Origin: Deinococcales bacterium
GTDB taxonomy: Bacteria > Deinococcota > Deinococci > Deinococcales > JAAFIG01
Reading direction: 5' to 3'
Assembly (NCBI GenBank): GCA_043778225.1
Contig: JAYWGM010000039.1
Span: 1-28,009 of the forward strand
Length of the DNA stretch: 28,009 nucleotides
Numbering within the stretch: the stretch's first letter is position 1; each line of letters opens with the position of its first letter. Shown here piece after piece: positions 27,499 through 28,009 of the stretch. Made by a program: the position numbers and the translations under genes. The notes below the pieces were generated by a model. The model ran no database searches and had not been told where the DNA came from. It worked only from the letters and a program-made list of their open reading frames with translations.

Positions 27499-28009
27499 AA
27501 CGGGGTCACAAAAACCCGAACTGTCTTGCCGTGAACTTCAAGCGGGGTTTGGTTTAGCTCGAGTAAATTACAAATAAAAGCTGCCTCGAGTTCAAACATA
27601 CATTCGAGGTCTACCCAGCCGCGTGAACGGCTGCACTCGTAAAAGCGCACAATCATGCCGTTGTCGTCGTCGGCACGTTTAATCGTCTCGAGAATAATGT
27701 TGCTGTTGATGCTCGAGAGCAAAGAAGCCACTGGGCGCGTTGGTGTTTTGTTGCCAGAGACAGCAATGATTGGGTCGTTCAGTTCATAGGCGGCGCTGCT
27801 GACTTCCCAACTCGAGGGAAAAGTGCTTGGCACAAGCGCATACGAAAAAACCTGCTGCCCTTGGTCGGCTTGGGGGTCTGGCGAAACTGGCGAGCGCAAT
27901 AACGACAAACGCATCACATTATCGTGAATGTCGTGTCCATACTTGCAGTCGTTGATTAAACCCAAACCATAGCCATTTTCCGAAAGCATCACCCATTTCT
28001 GAGCGCAGG
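27465..28009 (-). CDS. GH38 alpha-mannosidase, C-terminal part (5' end outside window)
   Basis: CAQKWV.LSE.GYG..LINDCKYG, RLSLLRSP..PD..ADQG, ETIKRA.D, RFYE and PFQIVT; frame open to the window edge. Confidence 0.9.
   Translation of the reverse strand, partial: CAQKWVMLSENGYGLGLINDCKYGHDIHDNVMRLSLLRSPVSPDPQADQGQQVFSYALVPSTFPSSWEVSSAAYELNDPIIAVSGNKTPTRPVASLLSSINSNIILETIKRADDDNGMIVRFYECSRSRGWVDLECMFELEAAFICNLLELNQTPLEVHGKTVRVFVTPFQIVTLRLIWC

Larger units (their letters stand above)
734..27816. repeat. Dispersed highly iterated palindrome CTCGAG
   Basis: About 170 copies by manual count, first at 734-739 and last at 27811-27816. Confidence 0.97.

Noticed and set aside
258..27577. Numerous 60-210 aa antisense or alternate-frame ORFs
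   Set aside because: They are shadows of well-supported genes with no motifs. The exceptions are the two ORFs that form the MCO remnant.
734..27816. CTCGAG as a cloning or XhoI ligation artefact
   Set aside because: Reading frames and conserved motifs run intact through the sites in all three frames.
734..27816. CTCGAG as a DNA uptake sequence or Chi site
   Set aside because: Known DUS/USS and Chi motifs are non-palindromic, and here there is no fixed flanking consensus. A HIP-like reading fits better, though uptake is not formally excluded.

Overview
Bacterial chromosomal segment, probably Deinococcota. This is inferred from a Thermus-type CsoR (C-H-H ligands), a Thermus-laccase-like remnant, a DUF4388-like protein and several apparently leaderless genes. 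From left to right it holds: the left end of an ISAs1-family IS (not in the ORF track) that truncates a small membrane-protein gene; an SDR; a PhnP-like metallo-hydrolase; a ~10.8 kb copper cluster (CopB-like ATPase with a CPD motif, small CxxxC protein, CopA, CopZ, CsoR with two operators, Asp-box protein, internally deleted multicopper oxidase, C39-peptidase/TPR protein, DUF305/CopM, OmpR-family two-component pair); a hypothetical gene; a histidine phosphatase; an aapJQMP-type amino-acid ABC operon; a type II toxin-antitoxin pair; a Ugp-like ABC cluster; a DUF4388-like gene; two divergent glycosyltransferases; UDP-glucose dehydrogenase; and the 3' end of a GH38 alpha-mannosidase. The most striking signal is not a gene. 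The palindrome CTCGAG occurs about 170 times by manual count, roughly one per 165 bp against ~7 expected. It appears in all reading frames, in intergenic DNA, in promoters and in hairpins, and it overrides local codon preference. It behaves like a HIP1-type highly iterated palindrome outside cyanobacteria. Several short triplicated repeats and a recurrent intergenic AAGGTAAAA/TAACCTTTTAG element are also present.
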